Assembly: GCA_964527765.1 (NCBI GenBank)
Contig: CAZGQR010000008.1
Coordinates: 14,264 to 78,263 of the forward strand
DNA length: 64,000 bases
Direction of reading: 5' to 3'
From: an uncultured Planctomycetia bacterium
Lineage (GTDB): Bacteria; Omnitrophota; Gorgyraeia; Tantalellales; Tantalellaceae
Of this stretch, positions 37,237 to 47,778 are shown one piece after another. The stretch's first letter is position 1. Each line of letters begins with the position of its first letter. A model generated the notes under the pieces. That model was not told where the DNA came from, did no database searches, and saw nothing but the letters and a program-made list of their open reading frames with translations. A program made the translations under genes and the position numbers.

Positions 37237-38819
37237 TCTCTCCCGCCATCTACCATGGTATAAACGGCATTTGATCCATTTTCGTATAAAAATAGAAACT
37301 TATCGTGCCTTCTCTCCACTAAGGGTCGCAAATTCCTACGTGTTTCAGCGCTAATGCTGTCAACGAGCACATAATCGGGCTTACTTCTTTCTATAAAAGC
37401 AAGTAACTCCTCTTTATCGACTGCAACAGCTAAAAAGTCGGGTGAGCGCCTAAGCGAGTACAGGTAAAGTGTCCGGGGCACAAGACTCACAACCGCAGCA
37501 TCGGATGGGGTGTTTTCTTTCATCCAACTGCACGTTTCTAAAAAAGCTCTGTAAGAAACCTCTGCCTGATTATCCGCTTTTGGTTTTACGATAAAACGAG
37601 CATAACGGCTCGAGAAATGTCCCAGATTAAGAATAAACAGTAAAGCAATCGCTAAAGCAAAAATATTATTCCCTACTTTTGATTTTATTCGCAATAAAAG
37701 CAAAAGATCCCTTACGCCGATAATAAAATAATAAAAGATGAATGGAGCTAGGGGTGTAATAAATCGAAAACCGGACGTCTGGGTCCATGGCCAGAAAAAC
37801 AAACATATAAGATACAGAACAACATAACAATCTACGGTTCGGCGTTCTTTTATCAATGAGGATATCAACCCATAACCGAAAACGAAAGCAAGTAAAAAGG
37901 CAAAGGCAGTGCGATGTGTAAAGTGGACATTGACCAGGGTTTCCGGGATAGAATAAAAAATACAGGCATACATGCCCTTAATGCCTCTCATAATAAAATC
38001 AAAAACAGTAAAATCTTTAAGAATGGGATTAAACGGATCATTAATCCTGAAATATGCAGCAAAATAATCAAATCCTCTTGCCCCCCTTAAAAGATAGTTT
38101 CTCAAAGACCATAACCCGATAGGAACAAATGAAAATAATGCGACGGAGTTTATTTTTTTATACAACAGAGCTTTTTGAGCAAAGTTTTTTCTATTTAAAA
38201 ATAAACTTATCAAAAAAGCTAAAACTAAACACAAACCCATATATCTTGTAAAATAAGAAAGCAGCAAGAAAAGAATGGTTCCAAAAGATAATCCGAATGA
38301 ATTTTTATCTTCCCTGGCATACTCAGTGGCACACAATAAAGCAATAAACGAAAAAAGCATGTATGGTATCTCTCTCATGACGCTATGGGAAAGTGCGATC
38401 ACCTGAGAGCATATCCCTGTTAAAACCGCCACCAAAAGAGCTGTTTCTTTATCAATAAAACGCCTGACTAAAATATATGTAAAGATCAAAACAAAAATCC
38501 CGAGAATCGTAACGAATAATTTTAAAATCAGAAAATTATAACCCGCGAAATAAATTATTGCAGCCAAAAGTAAGGGAAATAAAAATGGCACCATGGTGTG
38601 AGGCGGCACCCCAACAAGCCAGAGCGAACGATAGCCCTGACCAGAGGTAATGGATTTACCGAGCAAAATATAGGCAGATGCATCTTCTCCTATAATGGGT
38701 TGCCGATTTAGCAACGATAGATAAAAAACGGTAATTGCGGCAAAAAAGCAAAGGACCAAAAAGCTGAACAGCCGTCTCCTCTTATCACTCACATACTTTC
38801 CACTATAAGTAAATTCCAT
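37233..38819 (-). CDS. GT-C fold (ArnT/PMT-like, GT39/GT83-type) membrane glycosyltransferase
   Basis: Many TM helices; ED..AY after TM1, PFLFPLLLA, MREIP, RFITPLAP, W..ENTP. Confidence 0.75.
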   Translation of the reverse strand: MEFTYSGKYVSDKRRRLFSFLVLCFFAAITVFYLSLLNRQPIIGEDASAYILLGKSITSGQGYRSLWLVGVPPHTMVPFLFPLLLAAIIYFAGYNFLILKLFVTILGIFVLIFTYILVRRFIDKETALLVAVLTGICSQVIALSHSVMREIPYMLFSFIALLCATEYAREDKNSFGLSFGTILFLLLSYFTRYMGLCLVLAFLISLFLNRKNFAQKALLYKKINSVALFSFVPIGLWSLRNYLLRGARGFDYFAAYFRINDPFNPILKDFTVFDFIMRGIKGMYACIFYSIPETLVNVHFTHRTAFAFLLAFVFGYGLISSLIKERRTVDCYVVLYLICLFFWPWTQTSGFRFITPLAPFIFYYFIIGVRDLLLLLRIKSKVGNNIFALAIALLFILNLGHFSSRYARFIVKPKADNQAEVSYRAFLETCSWMKENTPSDAAVVSLVPRTLYLYSLRRSPDFLAVAVDKEELLAFIERSKPDYVLVDSISAETRRNLRPLVERRHDKFLFLYENGSNAVYTMVDGGRE

Positions 38820-38842
38820 TTATAGAACTCCAATGCTTCTTA

Positions 38843-39547
38843 TTACTGTTTTTTCGCAACGTAATATGGCGATATTTCAAAAAATATCATCGAAAAACCC
38901 TTATTATATTTTCTCCCTACGGCCTCGAGAACCCTGAATCCCATCTTTTCCAGATTGTTTTTCTCGATGAACGGAATGCCGTGATACGTGCAGATCACGC
39001 CGCTGGGAGAAACTTCCATTCTGTATTTGGTAAAGAGTTTCAGATTAATTAAATTTCTTATAAAGACTTTCATCAGTTCCCTGTTCTTGGGAACGCATAA
39101 AGCGTTGTGGGATGAAAATACAAAGAGCCCGCCTTTTTTCAGAACCCTGCGTGCTTCATTTATACATTTAATTCTTTTCTTGTAGGGATGAATGTAGTCT
39201 ATACCATTGAAGGAAAAGAAAATATAATCAAAACTCGCATCCTTAAAATCCAGATCGCACGCATCCATTACCCTGAAATCGATACCTTCATGCTTCTTTC
39301 TGGCGAAATCTATCATCTCTTTAGACAGATCTATGCCTGTGACCTCAAAACCTCTTTGCTTAAAAGGCATCGTGGTGCGGCCCGTTCCGCATCCCAGATC
39401 CAGAATCTTCCCCTTTTTCCTGAAATACTTTTCAACAATATATCCTTCTGGCCCCTGAAAACCTTCTTTATTATATGTTTCTTTCACGGCATAAATATTC
39501 GAAAAGGTCTCAAGATTAATTTTTTCCTGCGGTGTTAATTTGTCCAC
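38843..39547 (-). CDS. Class I SAM methyltransferase
   Basis: ILDLGCGTGR, GIDLS, RVLKKGG. Confidence 0.92.
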   Translation of the reverse strand: MDKLTPQEKINLETFSNIYAVKETYNKEGFQGPEGYIVEKYFRKKGKILDLGCGTGRTTMPFKQRGFEVTGIDLSKEMIDFARKKHEGIDFRVMDACDLDFKDASFDYIFFSFNGIDYIHPYKKRIKCINEARRVLKKGGLFVFSSHNALCVPKNRELMKVFIRNLINLKLFTKYRMEVSPSGVICTYHGIPFIEKNNLEKMGFRVLEAVGRKYNKGFSMIFFEISPYYVAKKQ

Positions 39548-39553
39548 GATCCC

Positions 39554-40588
39554 CTATGCCTTCCGGCTGATGATCGACAAAATCTCCTCGATCCTGTGCC
39601 TGTAAGTATGCTTTTTTAAGACTTCCGTCCTGCCTTCCCCGGCGACCATCTTCCTTTGCCCGGGATCGGCCAGATAGGACTTTATCAGATCTATCAACTC
39701 ATCGGCATTCCTATAACATACCAAATGTTTCTTATCCTCAAACAGGGTCATTACGTCCGCTTTCGCGTCCACAAGCTGAAAAGCGCCACAACCCAATATC
39801 TCAAAAACCTTTGTATTGGTCATGCGAAAATCTTTCTCGTCAACATAAGGCTCCATAACATCGCACCTGTGCCCTATAATGTTCAATACCATCTTTGAGG
39901 CGCTGAATATCTTCACCCATTCATCAGGCGTTACTACGCCTCCGCGGATAGAACTTCCCAGGGGCGAGTTTTTGGGTATCCTCTTCCACCCGATACCCCA
40001 TATGCCCAGATCAAAATCTGTCAATTTTTCCAGTATCTCCACGCGCTCGGTATAATTCGATCCCACGAAGCATATATCACAGGCGTACTTTTTTTTCTCT
40101 TCCGCGCTTAAATCTATCGGTTTGTGGATAGCGGGATCGCAGGCAAAAGGCAGCCAATATCCGTTCTTATTGCCTGCCTCCCTGTATTTATTCAGAGCAT
40201 CAGTTCCGCAGGTAAAGAAATAATCGTAATAGGGCCCGTTCCGCAAATAATCATTAAACATCAGAGGGAAATCAGCTATCCAGTTGACCGTTATTACCTT
40301 GAAAGAGCTTCGTATCTCGGAAACGGTTTCAGGGAATATGGTCCAGCCGCCATTTACTATCAACAGATCCGGCCTGAACTTTTCGACTCGCCGGATCAAA
40401 TCCCTGTTGATCCTTCTCATATCCCGGGAATGCAGAGCAGGAACACATTGTCTTATTCTTGCGGGTATACGCCAGTCGCGAAAATCAAAAACTTCGAGAG
40501 TATGACCTAGGCTTGTTATCGCCCGCTCGATATACTCTGTAAAACTTATAAACCGCGGATTGTGATACCCGACAAAAAGAATCTTCAT
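39554..40588 (-). CDS. CgeB-like glycosyltransferase (Glyco_trans_1_2 type)
   Basis: LPFACDP, DICFVG, WG.GW, SKMVLN, VFEILGCG, HTYRHR. Confidence 0.85.
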   Translation of the reverse strand: MKILFVGYHNPRFISFTEYIERAITSLGHTLEVFDFRDWRIPARIRQCVPALHSRDMRRINRDLIRRVEKFRPDLLIVNGGWTIFPETVSEIRSSFKVITVNWIADFPLMFNDYLRNGPYYDYFFTCGTDALNKYREAGNKNGYWLPFACDPAIHKPIDLSAEEKKKYACDICFVGSNYTERVEILEKLTDFDLGIWGIGWKRIPKNSPLGSSIRGGVVTPDEWVKIFSASKMVLNIIGHRCDVMEPYVDEKDFRMTNTKVFEILGCGAFQLVDAKADVMTLFEDKKHLVCYRNADELIDLIKSYLADPGQRKMVAGEGRTEVLKKHTYRHRIEEILSIISRKA

Positions 40589-40589
40589 A

Positions 40590-41942
40590 TTACTTTCCCG
40601 ATAGAACTCTATCAAGCACCCCGGACAATTTTTCCGTTAATGTTTTTCTGTCATATTTGCTTATCTCTCCCCGATCAGGTTCGATCCTCAGCATGCCCTC
40701 ATTGTGCCTCTGATAGAGCCTGTATAATAAGTCTTTCACGGCGCTGACATTATTGGGCTCAACGACAAAACCTGTTCCGGTCTTCTCTATCAGATCCGCT
40801 TCAAATCCCGGAGGCGTGATAGCCAGGATAGGAACACCTGTATAAATATATTCAAAGATTTTTGCCGGAACTGAACCTGAAAATTCATAGGAAAACTTTT
40901 TGCCTTTATGAGATTCGATGATCAAAAGTAAAATGTCCGAGTCCATCAAATACTTTATACATTCTTTATGGCTCACGAAACCCGTAAAATTTATCACGCG
41001 CTCCAGATCTAACTTTCGCACCAAATCCCGTAATCGAATTTGATAGTCCAAGGATACCGTTCCGGCGAATATAACCTGGATCTCGCCCTTTAAGATTTTC
41101 TTTTCCCCGATCAGCTGCCCCAGGGCATGAAGAAAACTTTCCGGTGAATAGCAAAACCTTTCCGACAATCTGCCCGTATAAGTAATTACAAGTTTCGACC
41201 GTTTTTTCTTCTCTAAATTCAGAAAATCCTCCGCGTCATACCCGTTGGGGATCAAGTCAAATTTATTTTCACTTATACCGGGAAAATTTTCTCTTATCCC
41301 TCTGATGGTTTCCTTCTTAACGGAAATCACCCTGTCGGCGATCTCAAGTATTTTATGTTCCAGAGATCTGCGGATTCGCTGCTTGACCCCCTTTGCGTTT
41401 TTTGCATAGACAGAAGTCGTCCAGGAGTCGTCATAATCGATCACCAGGGGTTTACCGGTAAACTTTTTCAGCAAAAAACCGATCACAAATGAGGAAAAAG
41501 GCTGTCCATGTACATAGATCAAATCCGTATTTTCCTTATTTATGATCTCTATTCCCTTTTTGAAACCGAACGGGATCCACCCGTCGTACCAGTCGACGAT
41601 CACTATCCTGTAATAGATCACGCTATAGATCTTCAAGATCATCTTAAGGAACCCGCGGCTGATTTTGCCTATATTCTTCCGCTCAAGACTTTCCTGCAAG
41701 ATCAGATCCAAACTTATCGGATCCAGCGAGAAAACGCCATTGACCGAAATCCCCTCCGGCACTTCCTTAACAAGTGAATGATCAAGAGGTTCGCTTTTTC
41801 TCCCGATAGTGACCACATAGGGCTTCCATCCATAAACAGGAAGCAATTTTGCAAATTTTAAGGGCCTTTGAACCGCGCTGCCCCCGGCAGGCGGAAAGGA
41901 ATAAGAAACCATTAAAATCTTTTTCTGTTTAAAATCCGACAT
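40590..41942 (-). CDS. Glycosyltransferase family 4-like
   Basis: SYSFPPAGG..VQR, IPNGYD, YTG, PAKIFEY. Confidence 0.88.
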   Translation of the reverse strand: MSDFKQKKILMVSYSFPPAGGSAVQRPLKFAKLLPVYGWKPYVVTIGRKSEPLDHSLVKEVPEGISVNGVFSLDPISLDLILQESLERKNIGKISRGFLKMILKIYSVIYYRIVIVDWYDGWIPFGFKKGIEIINKENTDLIYVHGQPFSSFVIGFLLKKFTGKPLVIDYDDSWTTSVYAKNAKGVKQRIRRSLEHKILEIADRVISVKKETIRGIRENFPGISENKFDLIPNGYDAEDFLNLEKKKRSKLVITYTGRLSERFCYSPESFLHALGQLIGEKKILKGEIQVIFAGTVSLDYQIRLRDLVRKLDLERVINFTGFVSHKECIKYLMDSDILLLIIESHKGKKFSYEFSGSVPAKIFEYIYTGVPILAITPPGFEADLIEKTGTGFVVEPNNVSAVKDLLYRLYQRHNEGMLRIEPDRGEISKYDRKTLTEKLSGVLDRVLSGK

Positions 41943-42935
41943 TTAGCGCGGGAACTCCTTAAACAGCTCGCCGGATCGACGTTTTATAGGCAATATCCGG
42001 CGCACTAAAAGCTTAAAAAACAAGATCCAGCTCCTTCTGGCGAACAGGTCCGTGCAAATGGATCTCAGAAGCCATTCTTTCGCCCTGGTATAATTGCCGA
42101 CGCAATATGAAACCTCTGCCAAATAGAGACAGTTGGAGGCCAGGATCCTTTTTTCATTGCGCTTAGTTTTCGGCATTATATCATCCAGGAGCTCATCAAT
42201 GCCTTCCTCCGTCAGGTCATTAAGCCTGTCCCGTCCGTTGGCCCTTCTCTCCTTAGCCAACATTCTTACAAGCGAATAGCGCCTATTCTGATCAAATCTA
42301 TTGCGCGCACAGATAGAATCCGGATTGATCCTAACCTTATAAAGCGGTTCTGCGATGTTGGCAACATCAAAAGCTTCCGAAACGCGAAATAATAGATCAT
42401 AATCTTCCACGAATTTAAGCTTTTCCCGATAAAGTCCCGCCTTTTCCATGCATACCTTCCTGCACATGATCGAAGCATGGCAAACCGGGACATCATGCCA
42501 TAAGGCATCCTTTATATCTCTGTTTTCGGTGCTTGACTTATAGATCTTTACCTCTTTACCATCTTCATCTATTTGAACAACGAAAGTCCCGACCAGGGCA
42601 ATGTCTTTATGCTCTTCCAGAAAATCTACCTGCTTTTTAAATCTTTCGGGAAGCGATATATCATCCGCGTCGTGGCGGGCAATGTATTCACCTTTTGCCA
42701 TTCTAATTGCTTTGTTCAGCGATTTTATCAGGCCCAGATTTTCCTGTTGGACCAGACGTATTCTGACATCGCTGAATGTCTCCAGAATTTCCTGAGTTCT
42801 ATCTGTTGATCCGTCATTGATAATAATAAGTTCAAAATTCTTATAGGTCTGATTTAAAATACTGCACACAGCTTCCCTGACGTATTTTTCCCCGTTATAA
42901 ACACTCATTATCACGCTTACTTTGGGATTATTCAT
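41943..42935 (-). CDS. Glycosyltransferase family 2
   Basis: VSVIMSVYN, INDGSTD, DADD, EDYDL. Confidence 0.94.
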   Translation of the reverse strand: MNNPKVSVIMSVYNGEKYVREAVCSILNQTYKNFELIIINDGSTDRTQEILETFSDVRIRLVQQENLGLIKSLNKAIRMAKGEYIARHDADDISLPERFKKQVDFLEEHKDIALVGTFVVQIDEDGKEVKIYKSSTENRDIKDALWHDVPVCHASIMCRKVCMEKAGLYREKLKFVEDYDLLFRVSEAFDVANIAEPLYKVRINPDSICARNRFDQNRRYSLVRMLAKERRANGRDRLNDLTEEGIDELLDDIMPKTKRNEKRILASNCLYLAEVSYCVGNYTRAKEWLLRSICTDLFARRSWILFFKLLVRRILPIKRRSGELFKEFPR

Positions 42936-42972
42936 TCAGATCTCTTTTTTAAAACTCCCGCATATTCAAGCA

Positions 42973-43851
42973 CTATCGCCCTCTCGGGATCTTCCCCTTG
43001 AGATCCCTGATCTTCGTCACTATCAAAGGGTCCAGAAAAAGCAGGGTTAGCAGTCTTAAGACATTAAGATTAAACGGATTGGACAGGAAGGATCTTGTTA
43101 ACAGTCTTTTAGCGCTTTGATGATCTCCCCCGTAAAAAGCTTTTGCGCCGTGCTGATAATACCTTAAAGCCGCGGGGATATATTTATCCCTTACCTTTTG
43201 CGCCTGTTTTTCCACCTCTCCGGCATCATGCCGGCCGGTCAAGCTGTCTTTGTGCACTCTGAAATAATACAGATACTCGTTTAATTTTTGCATGCGAAAC
43301 CTGTTGTAATATATCCGTAACCAATATTCATAATCTTCGACCAGAAAAGCCTCGGGATCATAGCCGCCTAACCGTTCATAAACTTTCTTCCTGTACAGGA
43401 AGCAAAGCCCTAAACGATTTACCCTGCGTAAACTCCCGGGAGGCCCCACGCTGACGGATTGTAATATTTTCCCCGTCTCATCGATCTCATGGTAATTAGC
43501 ATATACATAGTCTGTTTTTTTGTTTTTTTCCAGCGCTTCGACCATGGACCCTATCGCCTGGGGGGAATAGATATTATCGTCTGACGTCCAGGTCAGATAC
43601 TCGCCCGAGGCATTTGAAAAACCGGTATTAAGCGCACGGGCCTGCCCTAAATTCCTTTCATGCCTTAAATATCTTACCCTTTTATCATGATAAGATGTAA
43701 TGATCTTGGAAATATTATCAGAAGAGCCGTCGTCAACGACGATCAACTCGATATTTTTATAGATCTGCTCCAGACAGCTATCGATCGCTTCGCGGATATA
43801 CCTGTCGCCGTTATGCGTCGGCAGGATAATACTCACTTTTTTGGGGATCAT
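42973..43851 (-). CDS. Glycosyltransferase family 2
   Basis: SIILPTHN, VDDGSSD, WTSDDN, EDYEYWLR. Confidence 0.94.
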   Translation of the reverse strand: MIPKKVSIILPTHNGDRYIREAIDSCLEQIYKNIELIVVDDGSSDNISKIITSYHDKRVRYLRHERNLGQARALNTGFSNASGEYLTWTSDDNIYSPQAIGSMVEALEKNKKTDYVYANYHEIDETGKILQSVSVGPPGSLRRVNRLGLCFLYRKKVYERLGGYDPEAFLVEDYEYWLRIYYNRFRMQKLNEYLYYFRVHKDSLTGRHDAGEVEKQAQKVRDKYIPAALRYYQHGAKAFYGGDHQSAKRLLTRSFLSNPFNLNVLRLLTLLFLDPLIVTKIRDLKGKIPRGR

Positions 43852-43863
43852 TTTTTATATCGC

Positions 43864-44640
43864 CTAAACTGTTCTTGCGGGCTTTTTGCCCACCGTGACA
43901 AGCAACCATCCCTGGTTAAGCGCTTTTAACGCCTTTAAGGGTATTCTGTAAAGTAATCGCAATATCATCTTTCCGATAGCGTTGCCGCTTAACATGGCCA
44001 AGAATTCAAACGAATGACGGGGATCTATGGAATATTCGACAATATTCTCTAACCCGGCTTTTTTAAAATAACCCCGAAGCGTATATTCCGGGGTTTCTCT
44101 GCCGTATGGCCAGGCCCCCTTTAACTGCTGATACCATTTTCCGATCCTGTACGAGACAGAAGCGGCATTTGGGATCATGGCAATAACTACGCCATTAGAA
44201 ACTCTTGCTGATTCACTCATAATAAAGTCTATCTCATCATCAGTAAAATGCTCAAGGAGCCCCTGACTCCACACACAATCAAAAACACTGTCACAAAAAG
44301 GAAACGGCTTAAGAATATCGCCGCGAACAAACTTTCCGTTAAGTCCTGCGTGCTGAAAAACAGTTTTGCTGAATTCCAGATTTTCAGAACTCAAATCCAG
44401 AAGAACCGCCTCTCTTTTATTTTTCGCCAGCACTCCGGATAATAATCCTGTCCCGCTGCCTATCTCCAATATTGTTTGGCCGGAAAGCGTATGCTCTTCC
44501 ACGGGTTTATACCATTGTTTCACGCGCCCGGAAGCTATATCAGCCGCCGCCTCCTCGGCATCGGTGTTCCCCACTATTACCCGATGCCACTGGTTGCTGT
44601 TCAAAGGCTCGTATCCCGCAGTATCTTTATCGGCCCCCAT
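43864..44640 (-). CDS. Class I SAM methyltransferase
   Basis: ILEIGSGTG, LDLS, FDCVWSQGLLEH. Confidence 0.9.
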   Translation of the reverse strand: MGADKDTAGYEPLNSNQWHRVIVGNTDAEEAAADIASGRVKQWYKPVEEHTLSGQTILEIGSGTGLLSGVLAKNKREAVLLDLSSENLEFSKTVFQHAGLNGKFVRGDILKPFPFCDSVFDCVWSQGLLEHFTDDEIDFIMSESARVSNGVVIAMIPNAASVSYRIGKWYQQLKGAWPYGRETPEYTLRGYFKKAGLENIVEYSIDPRHSFEFLAMLSGNAIGKMILRLLYRIPLKALKALNQGWLLVTVGKKPARTV

Positions 44641-45724
44641 AAAAGACCCTTCTCAAGAACGAGATCTTAAATTCATTATTTTGATTCATCGCCAGTATCT
44701 TTTTGTAATAATCAACTTCCATCTTGTCAATTCTGTCCTTCTCAAAACGCTCAACACTTTTTCTCGCGTTATTCTTTAAAGCGTCTCTTATCCCACGGTC
44801 ATTGCAAGCGGACCTGATGGCTTCAGCAAGCGCCCGGGGATCCTCATGATCTTTAACAAGAAGACCGTTTTTCATGTGCATAATATACTCATTCATGGGC
44901 GCAATATCGGAAGTTACGACCACGCCCCCACAGGCAAGAGCCTCAATAAATACTATGCCGAATCCTTCCCACCTGCTTGGAACGCATACGCAGTCCGCCC
45001 AGGAATAATAACGCGCCAGATCCTCATTTTCTATCGATTCAATAAAATAACACCGTTCTATGACCCCCTGTTCCCGGGCCAATTCTTCATACCTATGCAC
45101 ATTTCCCCTCCCGACCGCCACCAGGCAATAGTCTTCAGCCAACACTTTTAAAGCCCTGATAAGCGTATCGAGATTCTTTTGCTTTTCTTTTCTTCCTATA
45201 TGCAATATTTTATGCTTGGAAGGATATTTTCTGTTCAGATCCTCAAACTTATCCCCAGCTGCCGGACGCATCACCTTAAAATCCACTCTATTGGGAAGCA
45301 CCCAGACCCTATCCGGCTTTCTGAATTTCGCTAACGCGTGTTTTCTGACCGCCTCTGAGACGCAAAAAACAATATCAGCTTTTTTTATTGAATTATGCAA
45401 TAATTCCGGATTTGTATCATGGACCGAAACGACAGTTGGAACCCCTTCTGTCTTATAATTGCATGCCATATCGCACGCCCAGTCAGCGCCATACGCCCGG
45501 ACTATATCTATGCCTAATTCTTTAACGCGATTCCCAAGCTGCCTCGGACCGGTAGGTATTATTTTCATGCCAAACTCAAATTTTTTTTCTTTTTCCAGGG
45601 GAGACAAAAGATAAACACCATCGAAAAAATGCAAGGGAGTGTAGTAATCCTTCAATCTTACCGATATCCCCTTGCTTTTATAGGCTTCAATTGAATCGCT
45701 TGGTATAACCGCTAATCTGGGCAT
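44627..45724 (-). CDS. Glycosyltransferase family 4
   Basis: QKNL, PSRWEGFGIVFIEALACG. Confidence 0.92.
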   Translation of the reverse strand: MPRLAVIPSDSIEAYKSKGISVRLKDYYTPLHFFDGVYLLSPLEKEKKFEFGMKIIPTGPRQLGNRVKELGIDIVRAYGADWACDMACNYKTEGVPTVVSVHDTNPELLHNSIKKADIVFCVSEAVRKHALAKFRKPDRVWVLPNRVDFKVMRPAAGDKFEDLNRKYPSKHKILHIGRKEKQKNLDTLIRALKVLAEDYCLVAVGRGNVHRYEELAREQGVIERCYFIESIENEDLARYYSWADCVCVPSRWEGFGIVFIEALACGGVVVTSDIAPMNEYIMHMKNGLLVKDHEDPRALAEAIRSACNDRGIRDALKNNARKSVERFEKDRIDKMEVDYYKKILAMNQNNEFKISFLRRVFYGGR

Positions 45725-45745
45725 TTTTTACCTGTTAATAACCTG

Positions 45746-46522
45746 TCATTCATATACGAAACAATCAAACTTGCCGTCCCAGAGAAAGATCGTTTCCATT
45801 ACCGGAGAATGGGAATACCATATCTTTCTTAGAAGTTTTGAAAGGCGGGGCATTTTTTGCTTTCTCCTGTACCACCCCCCGTCGTTTAAAAGAATATCAA
45901 AAGGGTTTGTATTTCCTTCAACTATCCATCCCGTCCCGCTACTTTGCTTAGGGTGTTCCCCGAAAGGTTTATTCTCGAGAGGTCTTTTTTTAAAGAAAAA
46001 TATAGCACCGCCGCGTTCTATCACCAGCCACCTGTGATAAGATCTGCCGAACATCAATTCCGCGAATATTGAGGGCGTGATAATCACCCCGGACCTGGCA
46101 ACCCGCATCATCTCCCCGCAAGCTGCAGCGGGGTTTTCTAAATGCTCGAATACGTGATTACTGTACGCGAAATCAAATTCTTTATCCCCGAACGGAAGGA
46201 CAGCGTCGATCCTTGAATTTACGAAGGTTATGCCTTTTTCCTTCATCTTTTCAACATCTATCTTAGGGCCGGACCCGAGCAGCCTTTCTTTGGGCTCTAT
46301 ATATAGATCAACCCCGACTCTGGCGCCTTTAACGGGGTTATTGCCGCATCCGAGGTCGATTATATTTTTTGACTCCGATAGCTTCTTTTGAACGGCTATC
46401 CATTTTTGATCTAATTCGATTTTCGGCTGGACTCCCCTCATCCTGTGATATATCGGCTTCAGGATCCGTTTTACCTCCCCGGGCATCAACATGCTGACAG
46501 CTTCTTTCACTGAACGCTTCAT
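45746..46522 (-). CDS. Class I SAM methyltransferase
   Basis: IDLGCG, LPF.DKEFD, HVFEH. Confidence 0.85.
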   Translation of the reverse strand: MKRSVKEAVSMLMPGEVKRILKPIYHRMRGVQPKIELDQKWIAVQKKLSESKNIIDLGCGNNPVKGARVGVDLYIEPKERLLGSGPKIDVEKMKEKGITFVNSRIDAVLPFGDKEFDFAYSNHVFEHLENPAAACGEMMRVARSGVIITPSIFAELMFGRSYHRWLVIERGGAIFFFKKRPLENKPFGEHPKQSSGTGWIVEGNTNPFDILLNDGGWYRRKQKMPRLSKLLRKIWYSHSPVMETIFLWDGKFDCFVYE

Positions 46523-47751
46523 TAAACCTCCGCTTCCCATTTAGTAGGCAGCTTCACCGAGCCCCTGGCATTTTTAGCTCTCCCGACCACAAACCTGTAA
46601 ACCATATTATGCCAATCCAATAGATTGTTCACATCTCCTTCCGCCACTATTGCGGAACAGAGATAATTATCGGCGGGGATATGAAAACGCGGAATATTAA
46701 TTCTCACCCTCACCTTCCCCGGGGGAAGGTCTTTGAAATCCACATTCTCGTAATCGCTGTTCGCGCAGTACATAAAACCGCTGTCAGCGTAAAAATTGAC
46801 CCCAAAAATAGGATTTTTAATTTTCTCGCGTATAATGCATTCAAGCATTATGTTAAGCTCACCGCCTGATTCAATAAAAGATATTTCGTTGAAATCTTTA
46901 TCAAAAAATTTTACAGGCAAAAGCTCGGCTTTTTCCTTTAAGCCTTCTCCCGCGGCTAAACCTCTTCCGGCCGTGTCCCTGTCGCTTCTTTCCTGGAGCC
47001 CCTCTTTTATATACAGACTTATTCCCTCTTCGCTCGGCCCCAGAAAGCGCGCTCTGCCGTCCTTAAGATATAAGCAATTTAAAGTCTGTTCCCGGATCAC
47101 ATATTCATTATGAGATACAAGAACTATGGAAACACCGCTTTTGCGTATCTGGTGCATCTTCTGATAACATTTTATATTAAATTCTCTATCTCCCACGGCC
47201 AGTATTTCATCTATCAATAAAATGTCGGGCTGGCAGTGCACGGCTACGGCAAACCCCAATCTTACGTACATCCCGGAAGAATAATGTTTGACCGGCGCGT
47301 CAAGGAAATCCCCTATATCGGCAAAATCAACAATAGAATCAAATTTTCTGTCGATCTCTTTCCTGCCCATACCAAGGATCGCGCCGTTCACGTAAATATT
47401 TTCCCGTCCGGTAAGCATCGGGTGAAAACCCGCGCCGATCTGAATGAGAGCGCCGACCCTACCCCTTATCTTGATCTTTCCTTTGTCGGGCATAAAAATA
47501 CCGTTTAACATTTTTAAGAGAGTGGTTTTGCCCGAGCCGTTAGGTCCGATGATCCCGAGAGTTTCCCCTCTTTTCAATTCGAAAGAGATGTTATCCACTG
47601 CTTTGAATTCACCCTCTCTTAATCTGCCGGTAGCCGCCTCCATGCCAAGAACATTTCTGGTAATATCCTGCATACCGTACAGCATCATATGCTTCAGGCT
47701 CTTGCTGAATTTTTTATCCGCATTTTCAACTTTTATCACTGTCTCGGGCAT
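46522..47751 (-). CDS. wzt: Polysaccharide ABC transporter ATPase with C-terminal Wzt_C domain
   Basis: GPNGSGKTT, LTGRENI, YSSGMYVRLGF, IDEILAVGD; ~150-aa beta-rich C-terminal extension. Confidence 0.95.
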   Translation of the reverse strand: MPETVIKVENADKKFSKSLKHMMLYGMQDITRNVLGMEAATGRLREGEFKAVDNISFELKRGETLGIIGPNGSGKTTLLKMLNGIFMPDKGKIKIRGRVGALIQIGAGFHPMLTGRENIYVNGAILGMGRKEIDRKFDSIVDFADIGDFLDAPVKHYSSGMYVRLGFAVAVHCQPDILLIDEILAVGDREFNIKCYQKMHQIRKSGVSIVLVSHNEYVIREQTLNCLYLKDGRARFLGPSEEGISLYIKEGLQERSDRDTAGRGLAAGEGLKEKAELLPVKFFDKDFNEISFIESGGELNIMLECIIREKIKNPIFGVNFYADSGFMYCANSDYENVDFKDLPPGKVRVRINIPRFHIPADNYLCSAIVAEGDVNNLLDWHNMVYRFVVGRAKNARGSVKLPTKWEAEV

Positions 47752-47778
47752 TCTGTTTTTCTCCAATCCGTTAATTAA

